Source: Candidatus Acidiferrum sp.
GTDB taxonomy: Bacteria; Acidobacteriota; Terriglobia; Acidiferrales; UBA7541
Assembly (NCBI GenBank): GCA_035524135.1
Contig: DATKPM010000104.1
Coordinates: 27,718-91,717, forward strand
Direction: 5' to 3'
DNA length: 64,000 nucleotides
In this document: positions 1-9,196 of the stretch, piece after piece
Layout of the letters: every line of letters starts with the position of its first letter
How positions within the stretch are numbered: the first letter of the stretch is position 1
Notes under the pieces: model-generated
Databases searched by the model: none
Seen by the model: the letters and a program-made list of their open reading frames with translations, nothing else
Told to the model about the DNA's origin: nothing
Made by a program: the position numbers and the translations under genes

Positions 1-1475
1 TCCGGGCAAGCGTGAAGAACGACGGTGCCGAAGGCCGTTCCGCTCATCCGGGCATCCGAGATGCGGACCATATCCGTGACCCCCTTGCGAAGGATTTTCG
101 CAGGCAAGGCCATGTTCCCGACTTCCGCCATGCCGGGATACCCGCGCGGGCCGCAATTTTTCAGCACGAGCGCGCAGGTTTCGTCTATATCGAGCGCCGG
201 ATCGTCCACGCGCTGGTGATAGTGCTCGATGTTTTCAAAAACCACCGCGCGGCCGCGATGCTTCATAAGCGCCGGAGTCGCAGCCGACGGCTTGATGAGA
301 GCGCCGTCGGGCGCGAGGTTGCCGCGAAGAATCGCAATCCCGCCGTGTTCAACCAGAGGGCGATCGTGCGGGCGAATAACCTCTTCGTTCCAATTCGGCG
401 CCTCACGCGAATTGTCCCAGAGAGTACGGCCATTCACCGTGACGGCGTCGCGATGAATCAGCCCGTGTTCGCCGAGCGTGCGGATGACCGCAGGGAGACC
501 TCCGGCGTAGAAGAAATCCTCCATCAGGAAGCGGCCGGAAGGCATGATGTCTAGAATCGTGCGGACATCGCGGCCCAGGCGGTCCCAATCGTCCAAAGTG
601 AGCGGCACTCCGACGCGCCCGGCAATCGCGATCAGATGGATGACGGCGTTCGTCGAGCCGCCGATGGCGCCGTTGACGCGGATGGCATTTTCAAATGCCT
701 TGCGCGTGAGGATTTTCGAAATACGCATATCCTCGCGGACCATTTCCACGATGCGGCGTCCTGCGAGATGGGCGAGGACCGAACGGCGAGAATCGACGGC
801 CGGAGTCGCCGCGTTCTGCGGCAGCCCGAGGCCGAGCGCTTCCATCATCGACGCCATCGTCGACGCCGTCCCCATCGTCATGCAGTGTCCTGCCGAGCGG
901 GACATGCACGATTCCGCGTCGCGAAACTCCGAATAGGTAATCGCGCCCGTCTTCAATTCTTCGCTGAACCGCCACACATCCGTCCCCGAGCCGATGTCGC
1001 GCCCGTGGTATTTGCCGTTGAGCATCGGCCCGCCGGAAACCACAATCGCCGGCACGTCGCAGCTCGTCGCGCCCATCACCAGCGCGGGCGTAGTCTTGTC
1101 GCAGCCGCACAGCAGCACCACGCCGTCGATCGGATTTCCGCGAATCGATTCTTCCACGTCCATGCTGACCAGGTTGCGGAAGAGCATCGCCGTGGGCCGA
1201 ATGTTCGATTCGCCGAGCGACATCACCGGAAATTCGAGCGGGAAGCCGCCCGCTTCCCACACGCCCCGCTTCACTCGCTCGGCGAGCCCGCGGAAATGCG
1301 CGTTGCAGGGGGTGAGTTCGGACCAGGTGTTGCAGATACCGATGACCGGACGGCCGTCGAAGACATCTTCGGGAAATCCCTGATTGCGCATCCAACTGCG
1401 GTGGATGAACCCGTCTTTATCCTGCCGGCCAAACCAAGCGGTGGAACGAAGAACAGGTTTCTTGTCCTGACTCAC
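1..1475 (-). CDS. IlvD/Edd-family dehydratase (sugar-acid / dihydroxy-acid dehydratase type); C-terminus lies outside the window
   Basis: Absent from the ORF track because it runs off the window edge. Hand translation of the - strand from GTG 1475-1473 gives [52 protein letters not shown]. The same frame at the window edge reads [19 protein letters not shown]. Both are hallmark IlvD/Edd strings. GGAGG lies at 1487-1483, 7 nt upstream. The long + strand ORFs here (12..554, 636..1571) look like Arg/His-rich antisense shadows. Confidence 0.85.
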   Translation of the reverse strand, partial: MSQDKKPVLRSTAWFGRQDKDGFIHRSWMRNQGFPEDVFDGRPVIGICNTWSELTPCNAHFRGLAERVKRGVWEAGGFPLEFPVMSLGESNIRPTAMLFRNLVSMDVEESIRGNPIDGVVLLCGCDKTTPALVMGATSCDVPAIVVSGGPMLNGKYHGRDIGSGTDVWRFSEELKTGAITYSEFRDAESCMSRSAGHCMTMGTASTMASMMEALGLGLPQNAATPAVDSRRSVLAHLAGRRIVEMVREDMRISKILTRKAFENAIRVNGAIGGSTNAVIHLIAIAGRVGVPLTLDDWDRLGRDVRTILDIMPSGRFLMEDFFYAGGLPAVIRTLGEHGLIHRDAVTVNGRTLWDNSREAPNWNEEVIRPHDRPLVEHGGIAILRGNLAPDGALIKPSAATPALMKHRGRAVVFENIEHYHQRVDDPALDIDETCALVLKNCGPRGYPGMAEVGNMALPAKILRKGVTDMVRISDARMSGTAFGTVVLHACP

Positions 1476-1620
1476 AGCGGAGCCTCCAACAACGGCGTGG
1501 CACACTGTGAAGCAAGACAAAAAAAGTTTCAACCGGGAAGTGCGGGCGCGGAGCCTCGTGGGGGAGATTAGGAAAAGGAAAATCGAAATGAGCGCTGCGT
1601 GCGCGGGAGGGCCAGGCCGG

Positions 1621-1651
1621 ACCCGCGCGAGTGGTGAAGTGCCGCGCGGGT
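1621..1651 (-). terminator. 9-bp GC hairpin downstream of poxB, without a U-tract (possible terminator)
   Basis: ACCCGCGCG (1621-1629) pairs with CGCGCGGGT (1643-1651) around a 13-nt loop, 40 nt after the poxB stop. No U-run follows on the - strand. Confidence 0.3.
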
Positions 1652-1690
1652 TGCCGGGAGGCGGAGAAGCTGGTCTTTGTCCCGTCGCGT

Positions 1691-3424
1691 TCAGACCAAG
1701 TGAATGTTGCGCTCAGCGGTCTTGATGACTTCATCGAGACGGCCGGAGAGCACCTGCTTGGCGAGACTGAGCGTGTAGCCTTTCGCCGTGTGGAAGGGCA
1801 CGTGCGACGGCAACGAAAGGGCATAAGGGTCCACAACGGCATCGACGACAACCGGTCCGTCCTTGTAGGCCAGAGCTTCCGTGAGACCTTCCTTCACGTC
1901 GCCGGGCTCTTCGAGGCGAATGCCTTTGGCGCCAATCGCTTCGGCCACACGAGCGAAATTCGGGTTCTTGAAATCCACTCCAAAAGGTACGAAGCCTGCT
2001 TCTTGCTGTTCGATGTTCACGAAACCGAGTGATTCGTTGTTGAGGATGATGTGCACAACTCGCGCCTTGCGCTGGACCAGCGTCGGCAGGTCGCCGAGCG
2101 CAAGCATCGTAAAACCGCCGTCGCCGCAAAGAGCAATCGCCTGCCGACCGGGGTAGGCTAACTGTGCGCCGAAGGCGTTAGGCACGGCATTGGCCATCGA
2201 TGCCCAGGAGAACGACCCGAAAAGGCGGCGGTTGGCGCCGCCCTTGATATGCCGCGCCATCCAGATGCAAGCTGTTCCAGTGTCGGCAAAAAACATGGCG
2301 TCGTCGGAAGCCAGCGCGCTTAATGTCGCGGCGAGGTACTCGGGACGAATCGGTTTGATGCCCGGACCTTTGCCTACATAATGACTCAGCAAATCCTCGA
2401 ACTCGCGCGTTTGGGCAAGGTGCTTTTCGAGGAAGCTTGCGTCCTTTTTCTCGCTCACCTTTGGCAGGACGGCCGCGAGAGTCGCCTGCACGTCTCCGAC
2501 GAGACTCAGATCCAGCGCTGTCCTGCGGCCGAGATGCTTCGGGTTCACATCAATTTGGACTTTTTTCACTCTGCCGTTCGGCAAAAACTCGGAGAACGGA
2601 AAATCTGTCCCGAGCAGCATAAGAACATCGGCGCCCTGAATCGCGCTGTACGTACCGCCGTACCCGATTAGGCCGGTCATACCCGTAGCGTATGGATTAT
2701 CGTGCTCGAGCCACTGCTTGCCGCGAAAGGAGTAGCCGATGGGAGCTTTCAACTTGGTGGCGAGAGCCAGGACTTCGTTGCGTGCCTCCCGGCATCCATC
2801 GCCGCCGAAGATGGCGACGGTCTTTGCATCGTTGATTAAGCGTGCGAGCTTTTCCAATTCCGCGTCGGCAGGACGCAAGACGGGCTTGGCAGGAATCGCG
2901 ACGGCATGCATTTCCCCCGGCGCCTCGGACGCCGCGACATCTCCGGGAAGCGAGATAACCGTGGGACCTCGATCGGCGACGGCGGTTGTGATGGCGGTGT
3001 TGATCACTGCACGTGCCTGCTCCGGATTGATGAGGCGCCCGATATAGAGCGCCGCAGCGTCGAAAAACTTGTAAGGATTCAGCTCCTCAAGAGCAGCCGT
3101 GTCGATCAGACTCGTTTCGACGTCACCCGCAATGGCGATGACCGAGGCACGTTCTTTCTTTGCGTCCATCAGACCGTTGAATAGGTGAGTCACACCAGGG
3201 CCAGCCGTGCCGCAAACGGCAACTGGGTTTCCCGTGAGGTAGGCCTCGGCAACCGCGGCGAAGACACCGTACTCCTCATTCCGGACATGAACGAAATCGA
3301 TTTTTCCGTTTCGACGGAGCGCGTCTATCACTGGATTTAGGGCATCTCCGACTATTCCGTAGCAGCGTTTCACTCCTGCCTTCTCGAGCATTTCCCAAAG
3401 CACATCCGCAACGTTTCTTGCCAT
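1691..3424 (-). CDS. poxB: Thiamine-diphosphate-dependent pyruvate dehydrogenase (quinone) / pyruvate oxidase, PoxB-like
   Basis: 577 aa. N-terminal TPP-enzyme signature (VKRCYGIVGDALNPVIDAL), a GDGGF TPP-binding motif, and a C-terminal tail (GYTLSLAKQVLSGRLDEVIKTAERN) resembling the PoxB membrane-binding end. GGAGG precedes the ATG. Confidence 0.85.
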   Translation of the reverse strand: MARNVADVLWEMLEKAGVKRCYGIVGDALNPVIDALRRNGKIDFVHVRNEEYGVFAAVAEAYLTGNPVAVCGTAGPGVTHLFNGLMDAKKERASVIAIAGDVETSLIDTAALEELNPYKFFDAAALYIGRLINPEQARAVINTAITTAVADRGPTVISLPGDVAASEAPGEMHAVAIPAKPVLRPADAELEKLARLINDAKTVAIFGGDGCREARNEVLALATKLKAPIGYSFRGKQWLEHDNPYATGMTGLIGYGGTYSAIQGADVLMLLGTDFPFSEFLPNGRVKKVQIDVNPKHLGRRTALDLSLVGDVQATLAAVLPKVSEKKDASFLEKHLAQTREFEDLLSHYVGKGPGIKPIRPEYLAATLSALASDDAMFFADTGTACIWMARHIKGGANRRLFGSFSWASMANAVPNAFGAQLAYPGRQAIALCGDGGFTMLALGDLPTLVQRKARVVHIILNNESLGFVNIEQQEAGFVPFGVDFKNPNFARVAEAIGAKGIRLEEPGDVKEGLTEALAYKDGPVVVDAVVDPYALSLPSHVPFHTAKGYTLSLAKQVLSGRLDEVIKTAERNIHLV

Positions 3425-3730
3425 CTGGCACCTCCAAAATTTGTGAGAAGATTTTTGTCCTTAATCCTGAGATTCATCCTTATCCTGAAATCACGTTGGA
3501 AAGAGAACTGGGACCCTTCGAGCCCTTGCCCGAGATGGACGGCGTAAAAGAGCTGGTAGCGTTAGTCCTGTCTCTTTGCCATGGAACGGTGAACGCAGAC
3601 GCGAAGGCATCGCGCTCACGCACGCATCCCTTTGATGTTCCCAAATCGGTGAAAGTTCTATGCGGATTTTAGATTGAGGGTAATGGCCGAAGCGGCCCGG
3701 CCTTTGGTGAATGGGGTTGCGCCCTTCCAT

Positions 3731-3759
3731 GCCTGGGGAGATGAGAGGTCTCCCCAGGC
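3731..3759 (-). terminator. Perfect 10-bp hairpin just downstream of the haloperoxidase-family gene
   Basis: GCCTGGGGAG (3731-3740) pairs with CTCCCCAGGC (3750-3759) around a 9-nt loop, 28 nt after the stop at 3787. There is no clear U-tract. Confidence 0.4.
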
Positions 3760-3786
3760 ACGGACCAGCGTTGAATGATTGATGGT

Positions 3787-4629
3787 TTATGCAGTCGCCG
3801 ATAAGGCGTTGCCTTGGAAGAAGGCCAGCAAATCGGCGTTGATTATGTCCGCATGGGTTGTGGGCATTCCGTGCGGGAGGCCGGAATAGACCTTGAGGGT
3901 TGCATGCTTGAGCAGCTTCGCGGCCGCCGGCCCCGCGGCTGCAATCGGCACGATCTGGTCGTCGTTGCTATGCAAGACCAGCACGGGAATTTCGATCTTC
4001 TTCAGGTCCTCCGAAGTGTCGGTCTCCGAGAACACCTCGATGCAGTCGTAGTGGGCTTTGACGCTTCCCAGCATGCCCTGAAGCCACCAGTGCTCCCGGA
4101 TGCCTTCCGAAATCTTGGCGCCCGGCCGGTTGTATCCGTAGAACGGGAGCGTGATATCAATGTAGAACTGCGGGCGGTTCGCCGCGAGGGCTGCCCGAAG
4201 GCCGTCGAAGACTTCAACGGGCGTGCCCAGTGGGTTCTTTTCCGTCTTCAACATGAACGGCGTGATGGCGCTGATAAGCGCGGCCTTGGCAACGCGCTTT
4301 GTGCCGTGGCGTCCCAGATAGCGCGCCACTTCGCCACCGCCCGTCGAGTGGCCCACCAAGATGGCGTCCTTGAGATCGAGTGTTTCAAACAACACCGCAA
4401 GATCGTCCGCGTAAGTGTTCATATCGTTTCCGTCCCAGGTCTGGTCGGAACGGCCATGGCCGCGCCGGTCGTGAGCGATTACACGATAGCCGCGCTGTCC
4501 GAAGTACAGCATTTGTCCGTCCCAGTCGTCCGCCGAGAGCGGCCAGCCGTGGCTAAAGACGATCGGCTGTCCCTTGCCCCAATCCTTGTAGAAAATATGC
4601 GTCCCGTCTTTCGTCGTGATTGTCGGCAT
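3787..4629 (-). CDS. Alpha/beta hydrolase, non-heme haloperoxidase / arylesterase family
   Basis: 280 aa. Contains [15 protein letters not shown] and the nucleophile elbow GHSTGGGE, typical of cofactor-free chloroperoxidase-like hydrolases. AAGGAGG RBS. Confidence 0.85.
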   Translation of the reverse strand: MPTITTKDGTHIFYKDWGKGQPIVFSHGWPLSADDWDGQMLYFGQRGYRVIAHDRRGHGRSDQTWDGNDMNTYADDLAVLFETLDLKDAILVGHSTGGGEVARYLGRHGTKRVAKAALISAITPFMLKTEKNPLGTPVEVFDGLRAALAANRPQFYIDITLPFYGYNRPGAKISEGIREHWWLQGMLGSVKAHYDCIEVFSETDTSEDLKKIEIPVLVLHSNDDQIVPIAAAGPAAAKLLKHATLKVYSGLPHGMPTTHADIINADLLAFFQGNALSATA

Positions 4630-4759
4630 GATGGAATTCCTCCTTTGAGAGTTGAGAATTAGGATGGGTCTTGATTATCCGGCGAGCGCCCGGAATGGTC
4701 CCGAACTTACACTTGGCTAACGCTTGATTCGATCTTATGTCGTGAGGATTGCCAGCCTC

Positions 4760-5347
4760 TTACAGCTCCCCGAGCGCTTTGCGAAGCGCTTCAGGATCGT
4801 TGAGGTTAAGCAGCACGCCTTCCTCGTCCGTCACAACTTCCTCAACCTCATCAGGATGCGCGCGCACGACTTGGCGGGCCCCGACGGAATCCGACGCCCC
4901 GAGCAACTGTTCGTACAAGCTGGCTCGGAATATCACAGGGTGCCCGCGGCGTCCCCCATGCGTCGGAACCACGATCGCCTTTCGCGTTCCGGTGAAAGCT
5001 TGGATAAGCTCATCAATGAGATGCACGGAAATGAGCGGATGGTCCACGGGAGTTATGATTATTCCTTCTGTCTCGTTCGGCGGCAGGCTGCGAATCGCCG
5101 ATTGGATCGACGAGAGTTGCCCCCGCCTCCAGTCCGGATTGATCACGATTTGCGCGGCAGGCAGGGCAAGGTGCGCCTGAATTTCGTCGGCGCCCGCGCC
5201 CAGCACAACAATCTGCATTCCCACGCGCGGATGGCGCGTCACTTCGATCAGGTGTTCGAGAAATGTGATGCCTCGATAGGGAAGCAGCGCTTTTGGCTGG
5301 CCCATTCGGCGGGATTCCCCGGCAGAGAGAATCGCGGCGGCAAGCAC
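4760..5347 (-). CDS. MobA/MocA-like nucleotidyltransferase (molybdenum cofactor cytidylyl/guanylyl-transferase family)
   Basis: LAAAILSAGESRRMGQPKALL is the N-terminal NTP-transferase motif. I place the start at GTG 5347-5345, immediately after the xdhC stop. The ORF-track start at 5446 would overlap xdhC by 95 nt. Confidence 0.7.
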   Translation of the reverse strand: MLAAAILSAGESRRMGQPKALLPYRGITFLEHLIEVTRHPRVGMQIVVLGAGADEIQAHLALPAAQIVINPDWRRGQLSSIQSAIRSLPPNETEGIIITPVDHPLISVHLIDELIQAFTGTRKAIVVPTHGGRRGHPVIFRASLYEQLLGASDSVGARQVVRAHPDEVEEVVTDEEGVLLNLNDPEALRKALGEL

Positions 5348-5351
5348 GGCG

Positions 5352-6176
5352 CTACTCGTTCGTCGTAATCGTGATTTCGGGATGGCGGAGGGACTTATGC
5401 GGAATGCGCGTGGCGCCGCGCCGCACGGCCACCAGCTCCGCGGCAATGCTCACGGCGATTTCTTCGGGCGTCAGCGCGCCGATGTCGAGCCCGATCGGCG
5501 CATGCACCAGCCCAAACTCTTCGTGCGTGTAGCCTTCTTTTTCGAGCGCGTGATAGACGGAGAGCACTTTCCGCCGGCTGCCGATCATCCCCACGTATCT
5601 CGCTTGGGTGCGAACGGCCCACGCCAGCACGCGCATGTCGTCTTTATGCCCGCGCGTGACGATGACGATGTAGGTGGAGGAATTGGGCTGGAGCTTTGCA
5701 AAACTTTCCTCGTAAGAGGTGAAAATTTCTGCCGCCATCGGGAACCGCGTCGCGTTGGCAAACGATTCGCGGTCGTCCACAACCGTAATGAGAAATCCGG
5801 CGGCCGAGGCCGCGCGAGCCAGAGAAACCGAAATATGCCCCCCGCCAAATATGCAAAGAACGGGCTGCGGCAGAATCGGCTCAACAAAAATCTCCAGCGT
5901 CCCGCCGCAGATCAATCCCGAATCGTACGTCGCATCATTATTCAGGCTGAACGTCATCTTGCGGGGCTGCTCGGCATGCATGACTTCTTTGGCCGCGGCC
6001 CACACTTCCGCCTCGACGCAGCCTCCACCGATCGTGCCCACGACGGTCCCGTCTTCCCGCACCAGCATCCGCGACGATTCGTAGCTCGGGATCGAGCCGT
6101 TCGTGTGCACAATCGTCGCCAGCGCGCCTCGCTCCCCCGCTCGCCTCATTCGCACGATCTCTTCGAAAATGTCCAT
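5352..6176 (-). CDS. XdhC/CoxI-family molybdoenzyme maturation factor
   Basis: Contains MDIFEEIVRMRRAGERGALATIVHTNGSIPS, GGGCVEA and a Rossmann-like IFGGGHISV. The start is taken at ATG 6176. The track start at 6203 is a TTG lying directly next to the predicted -10 box. Confidence 0.8.
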   Translation of the reverse strand: MDIFEEIVRMRRAGERGALATIVHTNGSIPSYESSRMLVREDGTVVGTIGGGCVEAEVWAAAKEVMHAEQPRKMTFSLNNDATYDSGLICGGTLEIFVEPILPQPVLCIFGGGHISVSLARAASAAGFLITVVDDRESFANATRFPMAAEIFTSYEESFAKLQPNSSTYIVIVTRGHKDDMRVLAWAVRTQARYVGMIGSRRKVLSVYHALEKEGYTHEEFGLVHAPIGLDIGALTPEEIAVSIAAELVAVRRGATRIPHKSLRHPEITITTNE

Positions 6177-6203
6177 CTTGGCCCCGCCGCAGCCTCTGCC
6201 CAA

Positions 6204-6232
6204 AGACTAAGTCCGCTATGAGGGTGTGTCAA
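6204..6232 (-). promoter_or_regulatory. Sigma-70-like promoter for xdhC-mocA (TTGACA-17-TAGTCT)
   Basis: On the - strand, TTGACA lies at 6232-6227, followed by a 17-nt spacer and TAGTCT at 6209-6204. This is about 28 nt upstream of ATG 6176. Confidence 0.45.
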
Positions 6233-6373
6233 CCGCAGAGAACGCTGTTTATCGGCGTAATAAGCATTCTGGATGGGAGAAAAAATGGGCTTTTGTCGCA
6301 GGGTTTGGCCGCTAGCCGGGGCATTCCGCAGCGACAAATTTCCCTTATGGCATCTCAACTCGGACGGATTTGG

Positions 6374-6976
6374 CTACGCGATTACCCAGCCCGCAATCGT
6401 CATCACCAGAACCAGCGCCAATAATCCCAGGCTGATCAGGCTCAGCGCCCGCCCGTGTCCCAGCAACGAATCGCGTGTCTCTCGATTGATGCACAGCAGG
6501 ATCGTCACCACCACCACCGCGCCCCACGCCAGCGCTGCCGGCAAGCCGGGATAACGCTCGATTGTCGTCAGGAAGCCCGGTGACGGCTGCCCTGCGGGAA
6601 CCCAGCTCGGCAGGAACGGCGCGACGCTCGCCAGCAGCGTGAACGTCAGCAGCTTCCGCGTCACCCACGCCTTGACCTTCGGCCGCGATTGCCACAGCAG
6701 AAAATCCCACGCCAGCAGCGCGGCGGCAATCGGAATCCAGCCATAGAAGGCGATCTTGTAGTCCGTCCACAGCCACGCGCGGTAGAGCAGCCGTGTGTCC
6801 TGTCCGCTCGCATGCCGTGGCAGCAGGTAAATCGCCACCACTGCGTTGAACGCCACCACCACCAGCAGTGTGCACAGGCTCAGCAGTTGCAGCCAATGCC
6901 GCGAGGAGAGCTGCCCGCACCGCTCGCACGACGATTTTCGCGAAGGGAATTTTCGACCGCAACGCTCGCAGAACAT
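6374..6976 (-). CDS. Membrane protein with an N-terminal zinc-ribbon (CxxC-N13-CxxC), function unknown
   Basis: MFCERCGRKFPSRKSSCERCG is followed by several hydrophobic helices. Start taken at ATG 6976, which has GGAGGA upstream. Confidence 0.6.
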   Translation of the reverse strand: MFCERCGRKFPSRKSSCERCGQLSSRHWLQLLSLCTLLVVVAFNAVVAIYLLPRHASGQDTRLLYRAWLWTDYKIAFYGWIPIAAALLAWDFLLWQSRPKVKAWVTRKLLTFTLLASVAPFLPSWVPAGQPSPGFLTTIERYPGLPAALAWGAVVVVTILLCINRETRDSLLGHGRALSLISLGLLALVLVMTIAGWVIA

Positions 6977-7166
6977 GATTCTGTTCCTCCAGCGCTCGTT
7001 CTCTCGTTCCAAACAGCCTAACAATCGCCGCCCTCGAAAATCTACTGTACAGAGGTGCAGCGAAACGGACGAAAGTCCAGCTTTCGCAGTACTGCCCGAT
7101 CTTCGTCTCTGCTCCGCTCCCCGTGCTTGTGCTGCGCCCTGGTGCCGCTTTGCCTTTGCTTTTTAT

Positions 7167-7193
7167 GGAGTGCGGCGAGTCATCGCCGCTTTG
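7167..7193. repeat. REP-like hairpin repeat, copy 1 (GGAGTGCGGCGAGTCATCGCCGCTTTG)
   Basis: 7-bp stem GCGGCGA/TCGCCGC (7172-7189) with a 4-nt loop. Preceded by a T-run and followed by a T-rich tract with GCTTTTGC-type units. Confidence 0.7.
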
Positions 7194-7294
7194 TTTCTCG
7201 CTTTTGCTGTTGTCTTTTGCGCAGCCCGCCTGCCGAAGGCAGCTGCGGCTGCCCGGCGTGGCTTTTGCTCTTCCGCTTTTGCCGTGTTTTTTTT

Positions 7295-7321
7295 GGAGTG
7301 CGGTGGCTCGACGCCGCTTTG
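7295..7321. repeat. REP-like hairpin repeat, copy 2 (GGAGTGCGGTGGCTCGACGCCGCTTTG)
   Basis: 22/27 identical to copy 1. The differences are confined to the inner stem and loop. Located 128 bp downstream of copy 1 in the same orientation. Confidence 0.7.
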
Positions 7322-7514
7322 CTCTTCAAGCCGGAGGCGCCGGATCCCCCATCTTCTGCGGCTCTCCCTGCTTGCCGAGTGCCCGCCGCAAACAGGTGCC
7401 TCTCTTGTTAGCTTGCAGGCCCCTGCCTGCAGGCTTTCCTCGGCCGGCAGGATGCCTTCTTCACTTCAGTCGTTTCCTCCGACTATCCCTTCGCGCAGTG
7501 CCTTTCACCTCTCC

Positions 7515-7542
7515 TTGAAATCTGAAATTTCAACTTTGAAAT
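7515..7542. promoter_or_regulatory. AT-rich cluster of TGAAAT half-sites / palindromes in the long spacer
   Basis: TTGAAAT lies at 7515-7521. TGAAATTTCA at 7523-7532 is a perfect 10-bp palindrome. ATTTCAA-CT-TTGAAAT lies at 7527-7542. The cluster is conspicuous in an otherwise GC-rich context. Confidence 0.35.
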
Positions 7543-7682
7543 CGCCTTCGGAATTTCTGCCCTTCCACCGCCGCTCACTTCCCAAGGCTGGCTCCTTCAC
7601 GAGTCACGAATCACCAATCTCGTCCTCTCTCGTCACTCACCACTAGCCACTTTAGTCCACACCCACGGTGATTTGACGCGAA

Positions 7683-7691
7683 TGCTAGAAT
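7683..7691 (+). promoter_or_regulatory. Extended -10 promoter-like element (TGcTAGAAT)
   Basis: TGCTAGAAT lies at 7683-7691 on the + strand. If used, it would give the ADH gene at 8092 a C/U-rich 5' UTR of about 390 nt. Confidence 0.3.
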
Positions 7692-8091
7692 GGCCAGAGG
7701 CATGAAAAATTTCCATGTCGCCGCCGCGGCGTTTCGAAGAATCCCCCCAGGGCAGCGTCTTTCGTTCCAATAGTTTCCATACGCCATTTTCTCTGATCGT
7801 CTTCAAATCACTCGCCCCGCGGCTTGCCCTCCCATCTGCACTTCCTCCAACCTCTGACCTCAAACCTCTGCCTTCCGCCGTCCGCCGGTTCGGAACACAC
7901 GCGGAAACCGGATTCGCTGTAACTTCAAGAAAACACACGATCGGCCTCTTTCCGGTTCGCAACACTCTTCGGGGGAGTGGCCTTTCGCTTTTTGTGCGCT
8001 TCGCTCCCGTTTTTGCCGGCCGCTGCTCTTCTTTTTCTTCGCGCGTTTCCGTTCTGTCCTTTTCGCCCTCGGCCTCCCGGCAGGTGCCCTC

Positions 8092-9117
8092 ATGAAAGCC
8101 ATCGTTTTTGAACGCCACGGCGGCCCGGAAGTCCTGCAATACACGGACGTGCCGGAGCCGGTCGTCGGAGTGAATTGGATTTTGGTCCGCGTCCGCGCCT
8201 GCGCCCTGAACCATCTCGATCTTTGGGTCCGCAAAGGCCTGCCGGGGATTCCGCTGCCGCACATTCCTGGTAGCGATATTGCCGGAGAAGTTGTCCGCGT
8301 TGGTGAGGCCGTCACCAACATGCGCATCGGCGAAAAGGTACTGCTCCAGCCCGGTGTCTCCTGCGGGCATTGCCCCAAATGCCTGGCGGGCAACGATAGC
8401 CAGTGCCGCCAATATACGCTGCTGGGGCAGGGAATCGATGGAGGATGCGCAGAGTACGTTGCCGCGCCGGCCTCGAATGCCGTGCCGATTCCTCACGGTG
8501 TCAGCTTCGAGGAAGCCGCCGCATTTCCGCTGGTCTTTCTCACGGCGTGGCACATGCTCTTCACCCGGGCGCGGCTCGCTCCCGCCGAGACGGTTCTGAT
8601 TCTCGGCGCGGGCAGCGGCGTGGGAACGGCTGCAATTCAACTGGCCAAGGCGGCCGGGGCGCGTGTGATCGCAACAGCGGGTTCTGCGGCCAAGCTAGCC
8701 AAGGCGAAAGAATTGGGAGCCGATGAAACGATCGACCATTCAGCGCAGCAGATTTCGAAGGAAGTGAAAAGGCTGACCGGCGGGAAGGGCGTGGACGTTG
8801 TATTCGAGCACGTCGGCCAGGCCACTTGGGAAGAAAGCCTGCGAAGCCTCGCGACGGCGGGACGCCTGGTCACCTGCGGCGCCACCACCGGACACGAAGG
8901 GCAAATCGACATCCGGCACTTGTTCGTCAAGCAGCTTTCGGTGCTCGGATCGTTCATGGGCGGCAAGGCGGAGTTGTTTCCTTCGCTCGAACTATTTGCG
9001 CGAGGTATCGTGAAGCCGGTCATCGACGTGGTGATGCCTCTTGAAAAATGCGCCGAAGCGCACCGGAGAATCGAGCGGCGGGAACAGTTTGGGAAAGTGG
9101 TGCTGAAAGTGGATTGA
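8092..9117 (+). CDS. Medium-chain (zinc-type) alcohol dehydrogenase / quinone oxidoreductase family protein
   Basis: 341 aa. Structural-Zn Cys cluster [15 protein letters not shown] and a Rossmann motif [15 protein letters not shown]. Confidence 0.9.
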   Translation: MKAIVFERHGGPEVLQYTDVPEPVVGVNWILVRVRACALNHLDLWVRKGLPGIPLPHIPGSDIAGEVVRVGEAVTNMRIGEKVLLQPGVSCGHCPKCLAGNDSQCRQYTLLGQGIDGGCAEYVAAPASNAVPIPHGVSFEEAAAFPLVFLTAWHMLFTRARLAPAETVLILGAGSGVGTAAIQLAKAAGARVIATAGSAAKLAKAKELGADETIDHSAQQISKEVKRLTGGKGVDVVFEHVGQATWEESLRSLATAGRLVTCGATTGHEGQIDIRHLFVKQLSVLGSFMGGKAELFPSLELFARGIVKPVIDVVMPLEKCAEAHRRIERREQFGKVVLKVD

Positions 9118-9143
9118 GCCGAAAAAATCGCATTTTTCAAGCG

Positions 9144-9172
9144 TTGCAAAGGATGCTTCAAAGAGGGAAAAT
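9144..9172 (+). promoter_or_regulatory. Possible own promoter for the solitary nuoB (TTGCAA-17-GAAAAT)
   Basis: TTGCAA at 9144-9149, a 17-nt spacer, then GAAAAT at 9167-9172. An AAGGAG RBS precedes ATG 9197. Confidence 0.35.
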
Positions 9173-9196
9173 GGCGTTGTAAGGAGCGAACGGCCC

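Noticed and set aside
7167-7321. Two similar 27-nt hairpin repeats 128 bp apart. I considered a degenerate CRISPR array.
   Set aside because: There are only two imperfect copies. The spacing and flanks are themselves repetitive (T-runs, GCTTTTGC units). There are no cas genes and no leader. This is much more consistent with REP-like or dispersed intergenic repeats.
6846-7646. A 266-aa + strand ORF spanning the end of the membrane-protein gene and the repeat region.
   Set aside because: It overlaps the real - strand gene at its 5' end. For the rest it translates the REP-like repeats into Ala/Phe/Cys/Arg-rich low-complexity sequence (…VIAALFLAFAVVFCAA…). This is a known kind of artefact when such repeats are translated.
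7715-8095. A 126-aa ORF in the long spacer. Its stop overlaps the ADH start codon (ATGA), which suggests translational coupling.
   Set aside because: The product is a Ser/Pro/Phe/Arg-rich low-complexity sequence generated by the C/T-rich strand. I recognise no domain and see no convincing RBS. The ATGA overlap can arise by chance. I keep it only as part of the spacer finding.
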